Below, piece by piece: positions 14,701 to 26,125 of a DNA stretch of 64,000 nucleotides (within the stretch, counting starts at the first letter, position 1; every line of letters begins with the position of its first letter). Position numbers and translations under genes: made by a program. Source of the DNA: Pocillopora damicornis. Its lineage: Eukaryota. The notes beneath the pieces are model-generated. The model worked only from the letters and a program-made list of their open reading frames with translations, was not told where the DNA came from and did no database searches. Location of the stretch: positions 248,001 to 312,000 of the forward strand of contig NW_020846280.1 in assembly GCF_003704095.1 (NCBI RefSeq), written 5' to 3'.

Positions 14701-17700
14701 TCCTGATCCGAATAATTCTCCTCACCAACTTGAATATATTTGCTGGTTATCGATAGAACACAATTCTCATCACGTTTTTTTGAACGATTTATAACTATTG
14801 TGGGGAAGAAGTCAAGAAGTCGACAGTCAATGAACACGGTTCAAAATTGTGCAATTTAAAGGATTTTCCTATTGACTCCCGGAGATTTACAAAAATGTTG
14901 CTAATTTGTTTCATTAGCTTAACTTCGTCAATTTAAGATTTTCCTTTGGAATATTTTGGGGGTCTTTCAAATTTCGAATTTTGTTTAATTTTATCGTTGT
15001 ATTCTTTTTCTCAGAGTGCTTTTGAAGAAGTTTTCTGTATTTTTTTCTTCTATTGCGTGTGTTTTGTTTTTCCCTTTATTTCTGCAAAAGTGATTGGTTT
15101 CTGCGAACACCTTACTTAAAGTGGTCAATTCTCTTGTTTTCGTATCTGTGTTCTGCGTTGTACTGGCTCGTGAGCTTTCTGGACTCTTCCAAAGGGCAGG
15201 TCACTATTTCTGTGCAAACATTTCCGGATAACAAAAACCGCCGTGTAAAATGGTGCTACAAAACCAGAAATAGAACGAAACTAAAAATATACCAAAGAAA
15301 AACATCGACCAATCCTTTCTTCTCTCAGGGTATTGTGTTCGATCATAGAAGTGCAGACCTAAAGAAAAAAAAGAAACAGAAAAACAAACTTGTGGCACTC
15401 TCAACCACTCCATATCTCGCGGTCCACTCTGAAATGAGTTTCACAAATGTTTGTGCTGTTTTTCTTGCAGTCCATTGTAATCTTTTCATTCTTTACCTTC
15501 CTCCTTCTTTTTTTGTGCTTCCTTTTCAATTTGGTGTTTCTCCATTTAAAACTAATATTTTGGGGTGTCCTTCCCAGTTTAAATATTTTTTCTGGCCGCA
15601 ACAAACGACTACTATACTTAAACGCTCGCTCGTAAATGATCCAGCGGAAATGACACTTACGAATACACACGCGTGTGTGTTTTATATTTTGTAACCACAA
15701 ATCCACTCATTTTCTTTTAATTCTTACAGAGATGCCGTGACTCGCCATTCAGTCGGAAATTAGATCTTTGGAGCTTTTTAGGTAGGTTACATCGCATCGC
15801 ATCACATAAGCTTCTTTTCCAATTACTTGGAAGGAATTTCCGGTGTTTAAGTACCTTTCATTTCAGCTCAAGTCTTGTTAATATAACCATTGTTTTAACA
15901 GAAGTAGCATTGTGTTCTCAGGGTGTTTTAAGTTTTTTTTGTAGCTTAAGTTTGTTAAGTCAGAGATGAAAGAAAGCGCCACTGAGGTGTTTCCCGATAA
16001 GTAACTTATTCCAGTACAAAGAGCTGACAACAACCTTTAAGAAGGCCAACTTTCCATTTCTTCATTCCGCTTGCAACAGTTTTGACGCAGACAGACCGTT
16101 AAAAATCTTATTAATTAGGAAAAGCTGTCTATAGATACTGATGAATTATCCGAGGTGGCATCCACATAAATGTTTAGAAATCAGAATGGTAAATTGTTTC
16201 GTTGTGTGGATTGAGAATTTGACTGAATCTTAACCAAGCGCGCGTATTTGACTGACCGCACACAAAGCGTGTTTTTGTTATTTTTGTTGGCGCCGAATAC
16301 GATTTCCTCTTCGCTTATCTCTTGGTTTAGCAAGGGAAGGGTTAATATCAGTTTCTCACGCAATAAGGACAAGGAAAAAAGTAAAACGACAAAAAGAATA
16401 CTCAAGAATAAACTTCTAATGCGGTCTCATAAACGTGGATGCAATCAGTAGCCAAGAAGTTTTTAAAAAAGGACAAATAAGTGAACACTGTGTGGTGTTG
16501 AATAAACTTTCTTAAGGCAACGAGTTAAAGTGGTTTTTTAAACTTCTTTTATTCTTTACGAAATTAAGTAGATAGAAAGGTGAACAGGACTGTCATTGTG
16601 AAAAAAAAAGAAAAAAAATGCAGGAATTTTAAGTCCAGAAAAGTTACCCCTAAGGTCATTTTTTATACTTTCATCGCCTTTACTTTGTTCTCCAAAAAAT
16701 GTTGATGTGTGATAACTGCATCACGTGTGCGTGGTTTTGAAACGTTGAGAATATCTCGAAATCTTAAACGCTCTCGTGCAGTCAATTGAAAACCAATTAT
16801 CGAGTAATCTGGGCGATAAACGCGCTTAAGATTGCATCATTAACTAGTTGTTTATCTTCCTCGGCAGATTCGCCCAGGAGTCGCCTGGTAAAATACCCGC
16901 TGATGCTGCGCAGCATACAGAAATACGTGAGTAACACTTTCATTAAGTGGGCGGAATTTCTTTCCAGTAGCTTTCCCTTGGGATTTGAACCATCAGGGGA
17001 CCTCCCTTCCTCCCTCCCTGTGGTTTGGGGCTCATGCTTTATTGCTGTCTTCATTAGTTCCTAATGTTATCCCTCGGCTGTAACTTCCGGCCTGTCAGCA
17101 TAACACGTCCCCGCTTTGGTAGCAGACACGTAGAGTAGGAGATAATTTTGTAGCGAAAATTTGTGACTCAGAAAGATGTCTGAGATCCGAACGGTGGCAC
17201 CGGATTTGGGTTGGCGAGAGTGAAGCCACTTAAGATATTTTTATTTCGGTTAAATTGTGAATAAGAGCTAAGTATTTTTATTGTAATTTACTTCTTATAT
17301 ACTGTTGCTCATATTTCAGACGCCGAAGGAGCACTCCGACTGGCGAAAACTAGAACGAGCTGTGAGTATTGTTTAGATTGGGGAATTTACCCGGGGAGGG
17401 GAGGGTAAAATTCCTCAACCAAGGTTTAGAAGCGTCCAGTTTGTTCGTGAGTATGTTCGTGCAGTAAAACTAGGATTGGAACGAATCTGTAGAAACCTTG
17501 ATTTTAGGAAATATGTGATATAAGAAGATCAATGAAGGAGCTTAAGTTAAGCTTTTGTCTGTTGCAGATTTGCCGTTTACAAGACATTATAGAAGAAGTG
17601 GACAGAAAAACAGGCGAAGCAAAGGTAGTTTGGTTCACGGCCGTTTTATTATTTTTTTTCATCGTCCTTTCAGTCCGTGTACGTAAGTTTTTTCTGCCAG

Positions 17701-19600
17701 TCTGTCTTCAGTTTTTTAACCAGGATGTCTTTGTGTTGCAGTGTCAAGATGTACTTAGTAGAATAGTTTTCTTGGATGACAGACAGGTAATGTTCAGTTG
17801 CGTTTTTCGGAAACTCTAATATCTGGGAAATCTTTAATTATTAAAAGGCGCGGGAAATATGGTCAGCGGAAAAAGCGGGAAATCATGTAACTAGCATTAA
17901 GGACGAAAGCTGGTACCTAGCGGTAAGCGCGAGAAAGCACGTAATCAGCACCAGACGGAAAGTATAATATTAGAAGCGCGCAAGCGCATGTTGTAAGAAA
18001 AGGTTGCTAAGAGTGTTTAAGTCTGTAACCAGTGCCAAGCGCGGGAAACATGCAAGAATTGCAGAACGCGGAAAGGCATACATCCAGTGCTAGGTACCCG
18101 AAACATTCGGGAAAACATATGTTGGTGCGCTACACTGATTTTTGAACTAAGGAGCGCTTTTCACGGTCTTATCCCCTTAAGAGGTACGGGTTGTCGAAAT
18201 AATTCCTTGGCCATTATCTAGTATGTATAATTTTTTTCTGGTAAATTATTGTTGTTATTGTTTGCTTTAGATGTGCCCTCATGTATTCAAGTCCAAGAAG
18301 CTTTTATGTAACGGCACACTACGAAATAAACATGGAACGGTAAGAAGAACAGGTGTTTTGATTAAAACCCCTGGTCGACGCAACGTCAGAGTTTCTCTAG
18401 AAACTTATTCCTTTATTCATTCGTCTCTACTTCTTTCTATTTAGAAGCTACATGTGTTTTTGTCGGAGACAGTCTTTCTGCTTACTCGTCCGGCTACAAG
18501 ACAGGACCGGGCCAGCTATCAAGTATTCACACAGGTTAGTTTGTTGTTGTGGGTCTGAGATTCCCTCTTATTGGAAATGGAAATTTATTTTATGAAGTTC
18601 CTACCACATAAGGTTTCGCAGCTGTAAAATGGGACTTCGTAAAAACTGTAGTTTACAAAGGTCTCACAGAAATTTTGCCTGAAAGCCTCCAGTTCGTGGT
18701 TCGCGTTTGAACTTATAGGGCCGGTTATTTACCAACTAAGGTTCTACGCAATCAGTGAACCTCAGGCTTTCTCTATAAGAGGATTGATATAATTAAATAA
18801 ATTTCCTTCCACTGTTAACTTTGGGCCCTCTTGACGCTGTTTACAAAAACAAATGTTCCGATTAAAGGTTTAGCTAGATTGGGGATTTTTTAACAGGGAT
18901 TGCTTAGGAAGGGGTGTTGTTACACAATGGCTAAACTTTGTTTAAATAAGAAGACTGTAGTATTTGGGCCAATTCTGAGCGTGAGAGAGAACAATTCATT
19001 CCAGTACACCTCAGTTATTGACTTTTTCCCAATGCTTTTGTCAGCCAATCCCAGTCGAGAATCTGTTGGTCGAAGATCTCTCAGATGGTGACGTCAGAAT
19101 GGGTGGTTCCTTCAAGACTGCGATCTCAAGACTTGGTACAGGTAAGAGATAGCGTTTTCTTTGTTTTGCAATGAAAGTACAAATTCTGGCGAGAAAATGC
19201 GATAGAAGCCACTCTAAATATGTTCACTAACCTTCAAGTGATTAAGACTTCAGCGTTTGTCGCAGCTAAAATTCTTCCGTGACTGTCTTGTTATTTAGAT
19301 GGAAAGAGGCTCTGTTTTCGTATCTCTAAATAAATAATTTTGCAATCAACTGTCTATGAAAGCCATCTTCCATGGGCCATAAAAATCTGCTTAGTGCCCT
19401 TTTCACAAACTTTTCCCGCACACCATTAATGGTTGATTTTTTTTTCAACAGCCAAACACGTTTTCCGAGTATCAAGTACAGATGCAGAAAATGGTCAATC
19501 ACACACGTTACAAGCTCCCACAGAACAGGAGAAAAAACAATGGTTGAACGCTATTCGAAGCGTGATACCCTGTCCGGAGAACTATAAGACTTATCTCTGA
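8702..19600 (+). CDS. NET1: NET1/ARHGEF3-family Rho guanine nucleotide exchange factor (DH-PH), 17 coding exons, about 453 aa
   Basis: Phase-consistent GT-AG exons: 8702-8794, 8912-9004, 9484-9582, 10973-11044, 11604-11666, 12916-13012, 13477-13553, 14024-14131, 15730-15781, 16868-16926, 17320-17361, 17568-17624, 17742-17786, 18271-18339, 18445-18534, 19045-19141, 19452-19600 (sum 1362 nt). The translation contains EIKRQEAIYEV, YCANQ, DFLQRCRDSPFSRKLDLWSFLDSPRSRLVKYPL, KLHVFL, PIPVENLLVEDLSDGDVRMGGS and SHTLQA..KKQWLNAIR, which are hallmark motifs of vertebrate NET1/ARHGEF3. Probably co-orthologous to both vertebrate paralogues. Confidence 0.93.
11148..11270 (+). mobile_element. Degenerate tRNA-derived SINE-like element
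   Basis: TGGCTCAGTGGTAGAG (A box) ... GGTCCAATTC (B-box-like). Related remnants occur at about 14255-14310 (+) and 50660-50812 (-). Confidence 0.45.
11787..11990. mobile_element. Degenerate MITE copy
   Basis: AACCCTTACACTCCC..TAATTCTCCTTACT..GAAATTCTGTCTTGGTCACTCATGGG; same family as 23918 and 28840. Confidence 0.6.
13027..13215. mobile_element. MITE copy
   Basis: AACCCTTTACACCCTAA...CTCTTAGGAGTTAAGGGGTT; related to 22385-22581 (inverted). Confidence 0.65.
13745..13940. repeat. Dispersed repeat (CCAATCAGA...GGTCACCCGCGTTTTCCCGCGC...GATTGG family)
   Basis: A related inverted copy lies at about 59860-60075 and partial copies at about 20230-20350 and 43610-43745. A GCGCGGGAAA-type tandem array lies at 17845-18130. 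Confidence 0.5.
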
Positions 19601-22384
19601 TGTTACGCAGGGTTTCACGTCACGCAACACCTCAAATTCTGGACAGTCCGTTCGCGCTGAGGTCGGCTAGTTAAGAATGAATACCGTGGATATTACACAA
19701 GGATTGTACAGCAGTTGGAAATTGTTTATGTGGGGGCAATGAGTGTCCAAATTATCACCAGCGCTGGTTCCATCGTCGTTTGATGCCATTATAATTCGGT
19801 CTGAGATGCGTTGACAGAACTGAATCCTAGTTAGGACATTTACAACATCAAAGAGGTTTATTAATTTTCCTATTAAGTTTCACAAGGAAGTGAGATGGGT
19901 CGAATTTTCTCCATTTTGGAGTGATTTAAATTATGAGATTTACCATGCTAAAGTAGCCTGCTTTTTTTCTTGTTCAATTTTTGCGAAGAAAAGCGGATTG
20001 TGAAAAAAACAACAACAACAATGAACAAGCACAACAGTCGTTGCTTTCGCAGGTAGAATAGTCTTGATTCTTCAGACGCACCGACAGGTTTCGGTAACAA
20101 AATATTTCCTCTACTTTATAGCGAGCTGTACCATAATATTGTTTATGTCTTGTAATTTATACTAAAAAAACTAGAGCAATTTCCTCTCTACTATCAATAG
20201 AGCCGATCGTCGCCTTTTCTATGAAAAACAGCGATGGGTCTAAGCGCGGAAAAAAATCACGGGTAATCGGTGAGTCTTAGCTTGTACAGCACCTGATTGG
20301 CTCTGGAAACAGCGCTTTATTCTGATTGGTCAAGTCAGAATGCACGCATATCTTCTAGCCAACCATTGCACCTCGATAACGTGGAGTAAATCTCTTTGGT
20401 AAAAAAAATTTGATGCATATTAGCGCTTGGCGACCGATTTTCCTTTTGTCGTTTCAAGCAGTAATATCCTACAAAATATCTGGCGAATATATTCTAAAAA
20501 GAAAAATATTTTATGATAACACGCAATAATATATTGCATTTATAATGTTAGTGATCAAATTGATAAGTAATGCTTTGGAAATTTAAGTGATAATCGTAGG
20601 TATGTGATTTAGGAAAAATTTAGTTTATCCACATAATGAGCCATAAACTTTAATGAAAATTTGGTTTCAAAGCCATACGACTTTCTTACATAGTACATAC
20701 GAAAATTTTGTGTATATATAAGTGCTGTAAAAAAGTTTTTTTTGAGGTTTTTGACACGTCGTTTACAGTTGTTCGTCTCGTATTGTGTTTTGTTTCAGTT
20801 CACGTTTAAATAAAATCTTTGGGATGAGAAATTCTTCGTCTTATAAATAGCTTCGGCCAATTTCCTTCTTCTCTAGAACCAGAATTTGTCAAATTCTTGT
20901 TCTTGATTAAATTTGGTGTAAGAATTGAAAAATACGAGTCACCAGGCATTTTCCTGCGGTGACCCCTTTTTACGTGTTCGCAGAGAGGACAGTATTAGTT
21001 TTCTTTTCATATTTTGCGACCTTATGTAACTGTATTAAATTTTGTAAAGGTAGCACTTGAAATTCGAGAAACCTTATGCGACATTTTTTTGTTTTTAAAT
21101 GAACTTACTACCATCAAATTGTTTTTAAAATGTACTTCTGAAATTTATAAGAATGTAATATCCACCCTTTCGGTCAAGTTATATGTATGTCTATCTCGCA
21201 GCGTTTCTTAACCAGCAATTTCTGTTCAGATGTTCTTATATCAATACCTCTTCATGTATTTCGTGCCGGCACAGGCATAGAAAAAGGTTCTCCTTCTCCC
21301 AGGTTTAGCGATAGTGAAAGTTGTCGCAATTCCCTACTCTTGCCGTCTTTAAGCTAGATATCCATTGTCGCGTTTTCGTCCTGAAACAAAAAAAAAAACG
21401 TACTTTGAACTTAACGTTTACGTGCATAAACGCAACCGTTGACAAGACGTTGTCATATTTCCATTTCAAGTTTTTTCCAAGGCGTCGTACATGCGAAAAA
21501 CTAACGCGACACGGTAAATCCACCTTCTATGGCCTTTGAAATTTAAATCATAACGAAAGTTGCAAACTAAGAGACTAACTCTCGCCTCCGTTGGGTCTTT
21601 CCACGTTCATTCTTCCTCGGCGACTCTTGTACACTTACGTACACTTTAAGCATCCTTCGCCGATGTTTACGTGCGTTTAAAAGATTTGAAACACGGTACA
21701 TGTTGTGACGTCTCAACAGTTGAGGTAATCGTGTAACTTTCACGTGGATGACGGGTAGTTCCTCTTTTTCGACGAAGTCCGGTGCGCGAGAAAAAAGATT
21801 CAGCCCCAAAACGATAGCCACCCGCATCGGACTTCACCAGAAAGGAGGAACTGCTCGTTGTATAGCTTTCACGTAGGCCCGCTGTGCAAGGCACTTTCTG
21901 CTTTGATATAGTTAACAACGACAAATAAAATATGTATATTACATAGAGCGCACAAAAAAGCGCACAAAATAGCCAAGTAGAAACCCTTGTGTGTACGAAA
22001 AGGCCTTAACATGAAAATAAAATAAAAAAAGAAAAAAACGGTTGTCCACATCAGTTAAACTTGCTTTATTGAACCATCGAATTTACACTAAGTACCCAAT
22101 TAAATAAAAGCTACACACAGTCACCTCTACGTTTTAACAGCATAGTTGCACTTACTAATTTGCTTAAAACTGATACAAAATTATATAATTTACAAAATTA
22201 GTAAGCTACAACATGTATTTTAATGCTTGTAATAAGATACACATAGCATTAGCAAAGTATTGGAAAAATAGCGAATGTTCAGGTAGTAAACTATTCTATC
22301 ATTGATGAAGCTAGTATATTTAAGCTAGTAAATTTAAAATTCATTGAAGTGAATTTTCTCCAGTTATACTAGCAAAAAATACTT

Positions 22385-22581
22385 TAAATCCTTTGATATC
22401 TGAGGGTGAGTAGCATCTAATGTCTCTTCACAATATCTCACCCCTAAATCACACACAACGGTCACAAGAATGAAGGAAATTATCTTTATTGTTAAGCAAA
22501 TTCTTTTAGTCAGCACCTTAGGAAATGTATAGAGAACATTATGGAGGATATACATACTGATGTTTGGGTGTAAGGGGTTAA
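22385..22581. mobile_element. MITE copy
   Basis: Ends GGGTGTAAGGGGTTAA; the reverse complement matches 13027-13215. Confidence 0.65.
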
Positions 22582-22987
22582 AAGAAATGGGCAGGGAAAA
22601 TATTATGTATTGTAAATCCTCCAGTGGCTTCCTATGACTGGTTATGTCAATTTTCATACATGCCTGTCTCACAACAAATTACTCTTAATTAATTCCATTC
22701 CTTCTCATCTTAGGATTACTTCTGTATATTTTCTATTTCCTAGCATTTTATTTATGATTCCAGGATATTTTCAGGGCTGTTTCTTCATTGCAACCTTGTT
22801 CGAGATCACTTTCACATTTAGTTGCTTAAGTATTGAATGCCCTTAAAATTTAATGTCTTTAATGGCATATGTCTACCCAGAGACCTGATTAAAACTATTT
22901 TTTTGGCAAATAATCTCCCTCTTTTTTGTTTCCCACCCAATAAATTTTAATTCAACGAAACAACTCCAATGCTTTTTAACAAAGTTT

Positions 22988-23590
22988 AACTGATCCTTGC
23001 CTTCCAAAAAAATTAGAGGACAAGCTATCAAAAGGCTTTTAAACCTATGGGATGCATTGCTTGAGGCAGTTCAGGCATAACTACTGTATAAAGTGCTGAT
23101 CCGTGCAATAGTTATAGTGGTTTAAGTAATCCTTTCCCTGATCCTTGCCTCCTAAAACTTAAAAAACAAGCTATGCCTTTTTAACTAATGAGTGGCATTG
23201 CTCATGACAAATTCAGACATCACTGCTTTATAACGAAGTGGTCCATGGAATAGTTATAGTGATTCAGGTTTTTATGATCCTTTCACTGATCCTTGCCTCT
23301 TAGAACTTGGAAAATAAGCTACCAAAAAACACCTTTTCAACTCTTGAGCAGCACTATGCAAGGCAACTAAAGACATCACTGCTGTAAACCATGGTCCATG
23401 CAATGGTCAGAGTGGTTTACTTAATAGGTGATCCTTTCACTGACTCTTAACTGCCTTCAAAAACTAAAAAAAAATGAGCTATCCACAAGTGCCTTTTAAA
23501 TTTGTAACTGGTATTGTGCAAGGCAAATTAAGACATTCCTGCTGTATACAGTTGTGGTCCATGCAATAGTTATAGTGATTCAGGTAATCC
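22988..23590 (+). repeat. Degenerate minisatellite, about 4 units of ~148 bp
   Basis: The unit CTGATCCTTGCCT..AAGCTA..GGTCCATGCAATAGTTATAGTG recurs at about 22990, 23138, 23286 and 23440. Confidence 0.8.
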
Positions 23591-23917
23591 TTGAGGCTTC
23601 TAGGGAGGGGTAGGACAGGGATCTTGTCTTTGGGTGGGCATGACAGCTGTTGCCTGATGAGACAACGGCAGCTTTGAAGAAGTCGGGGGGGATTTTTTTG
23701 GGAACAAAATTAAAATAGAGTTCATAAACATATGGAAAAATATCACAGTAGGATGCACCCATTCATTTGGTCCTGTTGTATCACAAAATTATGTGTTTTT
23801 GTGTGATTCAACACAGCTCTTTTGAATTTATTTCTTAAACTAAAGGAACATTTCCTTTAATCTGTATTGATTCTTTTAATTACAGTTCACTTAGTTTATA
23901 AATACAAGTATCAACTA

Positions 23918-24130
23918 TTAAACCCTTTCACGAGCAAGATCTCATTAGCAATTCTCCTCACTGTCTGCCATACAATTCTTATGCTTCTAGTTTGGAGAAT
24001 CTGGTATTGGGTAGACTAATTACCTTCTTATTGATATTTTTCTTCATTATCATCAATTTTCCTCTTTGATATTGTGTAAATATTCTAAGAAGAACTTCTG
24101 TCCTGGTTACTCATGGGAATAAAGGGTTAA
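23918..24130. mobile_element. TTAA-flanked MITE immediately downstream of the ASB13-like exon
   Basis: TTAAACCCTTT...CATGGGAATAAAGGGTTAA. Confidence 0.72.
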
Positions 24131-24150
24131 AATTAGTTTTAAATCCTTAC

Positions 24151-24662
24151 CAGCTTCAAAAAGCATCTCTTTGCATGCCTCATTAGTTGTTTAACAGGTT
24201 TCTTGCTCTCTAGGTCTCTTAGATAAGCATTAGCTCTGAACTCAAGAATTAGAGCTGTACAGACCTCGTCTCTGTTCATTGCAGTGGCATGCAAGGGGAC
24301 TTGATGCCTTCTGATGGAATTAGGGTTTGCCCCAGCCTGAAGCAAAACTTTCACACATCCAACATGACCCAGACAAGCAACATGCAGAGCAGTGCCAAAC
24401 TGGTTTTCATTTTTCTCCAGATTTGCACTGTTTTCAATCAGTATTTCCAAGCATGGGATATGTCCATTTAAAGCTGCTTCGTGAAGGGGTGGAAAGGTTA
24501 CACTCACTTTTGTCCATGTTTTAAGACTTGCTCCTATGAGACATAACAACTATTACAATTATCACTTGCAACAAGCATGCTCTTTTCGAATTAGTACTGA
24601 TTATTTAGATTTCTGTGAGATTATCTACATCAACAGTTATTCCTCATTATGCTAATCTATCT
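24151..24662 (-). pseudogene. ASB13: Degenerate ASB13-like ankyrin-repeat (SOCS-box family) gene exon
   Basis: ORF 24139-24549 gives PLHEAALNGHIPCLEILIENSANLE..FGTALHVAC..CVKVLLQAGAN..EF.AN.Y.RD..KKP, colinear with human ASB13 (recalled). The same exon (acceptor TTTTGCAG at 24663, donor GTAAG at 24150) has stop codons upstream: TAA TGA at 24644-24649 and the reading EHACCK**L** near 24550-24580. It is shorter than expected and is probably frameshifted near 24190. Confidence 0.72.
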
Positions 24663-25199
24663 CTGCAAAAAGGAAAAATACAGACGGAAAGTAGAGCAAC
24701 GAAAGGCTGCACCGAACACCACACTGTTTACAACCACACACTGCGATGCCACTCACTATATGGTTTCCGTGTTTCTATGCATTTGTATAGTATTGATCAC
24801 AGATGACGTCAAAATATGGTAAGAACGAAAAAGTGGCACAGAAGGCGCAGCTGTGTGTGACAGTTCGTGACGTCATTTATGATCAAGTACACTACTGTAC
24901 AGACGAACGGAAGCACGGAATCCCTTTGTTAAAGAGGTTTTGAGTAGCCTCACAATGTGTGGCTGTGATCAAAAAAAAAAAAAAATAATTACAAAGGCTG
25001 TCATATTGTCAAGATTTGGACGACCAGTGGCTCCATACTGAAACAATTAGATTATTCACTTTCGATTTACTTGCGCGATAGCTCATTCTAGCTTCGCTCT
25101 CATCCACTGCACGCAAGCGAGATCTTGAACTCATACGCTGATCTTGTCCAAAGCATAGTACAGTGAGTATGCACAAAATAATATTAAAACATCAGCCTG

Positions 25200-26125
25200 T
25201 CTTGTAATAAAAGTTTGAACGAGTAAAAGATTTATACTTAAACAACTGGATTTCCGCTTTCGTGCGAGCTGATTCGGGCTTTGCCTTCGTCAACATGCAA
25301 CATGACTCGAAAGATCTTAAGTTCGTGAAATAGAGGAGAAATGCCGGAGACACGGGTAGAACTACTATAATGACTATGTCACTATTGGAGAACGCAATTG
25401 ATACTGAAAATAGATGTAAAACAATGTACCAATGATACGACCTGAACTGCATTTTTTTGCAAAAAAAAAGAAGTGGTCACCATATTTCTCGAAAAACCCC
25501 CTCGAAGCAAGTATAGGGACAACAAAAGTACGAGGAAACTAGATCTTAGAAGAGGGCTTGTAATCACTTACTTCTCGTGTGATTTCCAGTAGATATTGTG
25601 CTCCGTGATTGGTGCTCGCTGATCGTGCAAAGATGATGGTAAATTGTGATGAAAAGGCGGAGCGATATGTTTTTACTATCAACAAGGCCTGGCTGCGTTA
25701 GCAGCATTACATTTGTTCCCCTAGGGTAGTGGTGAGAGTTTTGCTCTTCAAAGGGTAAAGTTATTGAAATAAAGAAGAAAACGTCGTTAGAAATTATTTA
25801 CTTATTTTTTATGAGGTTAGATTATAAAAATGTATATTCAAGCACAAATTTTTACATGCTCGGGTGATTCGAAAGAAAAGAAGAGATTCATTACTTCACC
25901 CTTCCCCCGGAGAGTAAGGATAACTACCATTCCCGCGCTTGTCCCGAAGTTCTTTGAGAAACCTTGGTAAGAGACGTAAAGTGAGGCTCACGAGGTCACT
26001 ACTCAGCATAGGATCGGACAGGAATGCGCTGATTTCTTTGCGAAATGTAGGTTATTAACACTGTTTAAAAGCCATGAGGAGCATACATAGGGAAAAGAAA
26101 ACTCTATTGCAATTATTTGAAGAAA
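25200..26125. promoter_or_regulatory. Putative divergent promoter region between ASB13-like (-) and TASOR (+)
   Basis: Head-to-head gene orientation, a CpG-containing segment, an inverted CCAAT (GATTGG near 25607), and several GT donor-like sites consistent with TASOR 5'-UTR exons. The TSS cannot be determined from sequence. Confidence 0.4.

Noticed and set aside
15053-15706. 213-aa and overlapping ORFs in a RhoGEF intron
   Set aside because: Low-complexity F/L/K-rich translations, no recognisable domain, and not needed for the spliced model.
21567-21924. Short - strand ORFs in a CpG-rich segment downstream of the RhoGEF
   Set aside because: No recognisable homology or consistent splice structure; more likely 3' UTR or intergenic sequence. 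A small gene cannot be fully excluded.
22595-22725. SOCS-box exon of the ASB13-like gene
   Set aside because: The position and a TACAG acceptor fit, and fragments such as NPK and KPLEDLQY are suggestive, but no continuous frame exists; too degenerate to call.
22988-23590. CRISPR-like array
   Set aside because: Eukaryotic context, whole units are homologous with no unique spacers, and there are no cas genes.
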